A stretch of 64,000 bases of DNA. Source: Candidatus Lambdaproteobacteria bacterium RIFOXYD2_FULL_56_26 (GTDB lineage: Bacteria; SAR324; XYD2-FULL-50-16). Of the stretch, positions 63,501 to 64,000 are shown piece after piece (within the stretch, counting starts at the first letter, position 1; each line of letters opens with the position of its first letter). A program made the position numbers and the translations under genes. Under the pieces are notes generated by a model. It made no database searches and had not been told where the DNA came from. It worked only from the letters and a program-made list of their open reading frames with translations. The DNA lies in NCBI GenBank assembly GCA_001783715.1, contig MFNF01000027.1:3290-67289 (forward strand). Reading direction: 5' to 3'.

Positions 63501-64000
63501 GTGAGGGGGGGGATCCGGGCCTGGGGCCTGGGCTTGAGTCTGTTGCTGGTCGGCTGTTCTGTCCCCAAGGCCCGGCTGGACCTGCGGCTGGACCCCGAGG
63601 GTTTTGCCCCGCCCCAAAGTGCGGCGGGGCAAGCCGAAATTCTTCCTGGAGCCTGGGCACTCGACCTGACCCCTACGCCCAAGGACCTGGAAACCTTGAT
63701 CGACCTTTGGAACGGAGACCTGGGCCAAAGGCTGGCTTTGACCGATCCGATCGGCCGGGTCGGCAGCGATGAAACCTGGAGGGTCCACCAACTGCTCTCC
63801 AGCCAGCTGAACGCTTGGTACCTTTGGATTGACCGGCCGGTGCCGGTGGAGGTGATCGGCGCTAAACTCTGCAAACCGTTGGGGGCAACCGAGTTGCTGT
63901 TTTTGACCCAAACCCGGTCCGAAGAGATTCGCCCTTGGGCTGGTCGGCTGGTCCTGGTCAGTCTGGCCGAACTGGCCATCCGCCGAGGGGCAGAGCCCCG
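63501..64000 (+). CDS. Putative lipoprotein, 5' partial (runs off the window end), GTG start, begins on a G8 homopolymer.
   Basis: Open frame from GTG 63501 to the window end: VRGGIRAWGLGLSLLLVGCS... with a lipobox-like LLLVGC. Not in the ORF track because there is no stop. Start assignment is tentative. Confidence 0.3.
   Translation, partial: MRGGIRAWGLGLSLLLVGCSVPKARLDLRLDPEGFAPPQSAAGQAEILPGAWALDLTPTPKDLETLIDLWNGDLGQRLALTDPIGRVGSDETWRVHQLLSSQLNAWYLWIDRPVPVEVIGAKLCKPLGATELLFLTQTRSEEIRPWAGRLVLVSLAELAIRRGAEP

Noticed and set aside
1-64000. CRISPR arrays, tRNA/rRNA genes and IS elements/transposases/integrases.
   Set aside because: No regularly spaced direct repeats, no cloverleaf-like conserved tRNA segments in intergenic regions, and no transposase- or integrase-like ORFs were found by reading.

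Overview
The window is about 64 kb of dense, GC-rich (roughly 60% by eye) bacterial chromosome. Its gene content (MlaA/MlaC, a DegP-type protease, an RND/MMPL exporter, outer-membrane-like proteins) points to a Gram-negative organism. The lineage cannot be named from sequence alone. I support about 60 protein-coding genes on both strands and found no rRNA, tRNA, CRISPR array, transposase or integrase. Many long ORFs in the six-frame track are antisense run-on ORFs typical of high-GC DNA and were discounted.

Main blocks, in window order:
- 1-4.3 kb: a frame-disrupted 5' partial gene, a solo BatD-like protein, a secreted endonuclease I-family nuclease preceded by Pho-box-like 11-bp periodic direct repeats, and a tiny secreted cysteine-rich protein.
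- 4.4-14.1 kb, all on the minus strand with 4-nt start/stop overlaps: mazG, rlmE, hslV, hslU, a UbiA-family prenyltransferase, a small CxxC protein, htrA, a sensor kinase, a sigma-54-dependent response regulator and two unknown cytoplasmic proteins.
- 14.3-23.3 kb: a GT2 glycosyltransferase, an HTH_8 regulator, an unusual HTH-ankyrin protein divergent from a small Trypco1-like protein, two MFS transporters, tpx, and a large secreted Ig-like-repeat protein with a secreted pentapeptide-repeat protein.
- 23.4-26.0 kb: a three-gene block of lower GC encoding K/E-rich proteins with no recognisable domains.
- 26.2-32.0 kb: a small sulfite-oxidase-like molybdopterin protein, an unknown secreted protein, an MFS transporter, tandem TerB-like proteins, a strong bidirectional terminator and acs.
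- 33.3-39.9 kb: two tandem cytochrome c' genes, an HPP-family membrane protein, a NarL-type regulator, a degenerate sigma-54-activator-like fragment and a 1158-aa 7TMR-DISM hybrid histidine kinase with an extra C-terminal region.
- 39.9-44.7 kb: a HIT protein, then a tight mlaA-mlaC-RND/MMPL (HpnM/HpnN-like) operon.
- 44.8-53.4 kb: a succinate-semialdehyde dehydrogenase-like aldehyde dehydrogenase, a CASTOR/POLLUX-like RCK ion channel, an EF-G gene outside the str operon, an MqnA-family gene, cinA and rpsU.
- 53.4-64.0 kb: a LipM-like octanoyltransferase whose start overlaps the divergent lipA start, comF, an outer-membrane-like protein, spoIID, tilS, panC, hemH, an unknown 418-aa protein, acyP, aroB and a 5' partial lipoprotein gene beginning on a G8 tract.

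No single feature is demonstrably a new system. The best candidates for follow-up are the HTH-ANK/Trypco1-like pair, the low-GC three-gene island, the cytochrome c'/HPP/two-component locus with an AT-rich palindrome, the nuclease/Pho-box/Cys-rich module, and the MlaA-MlaC-RND operon.
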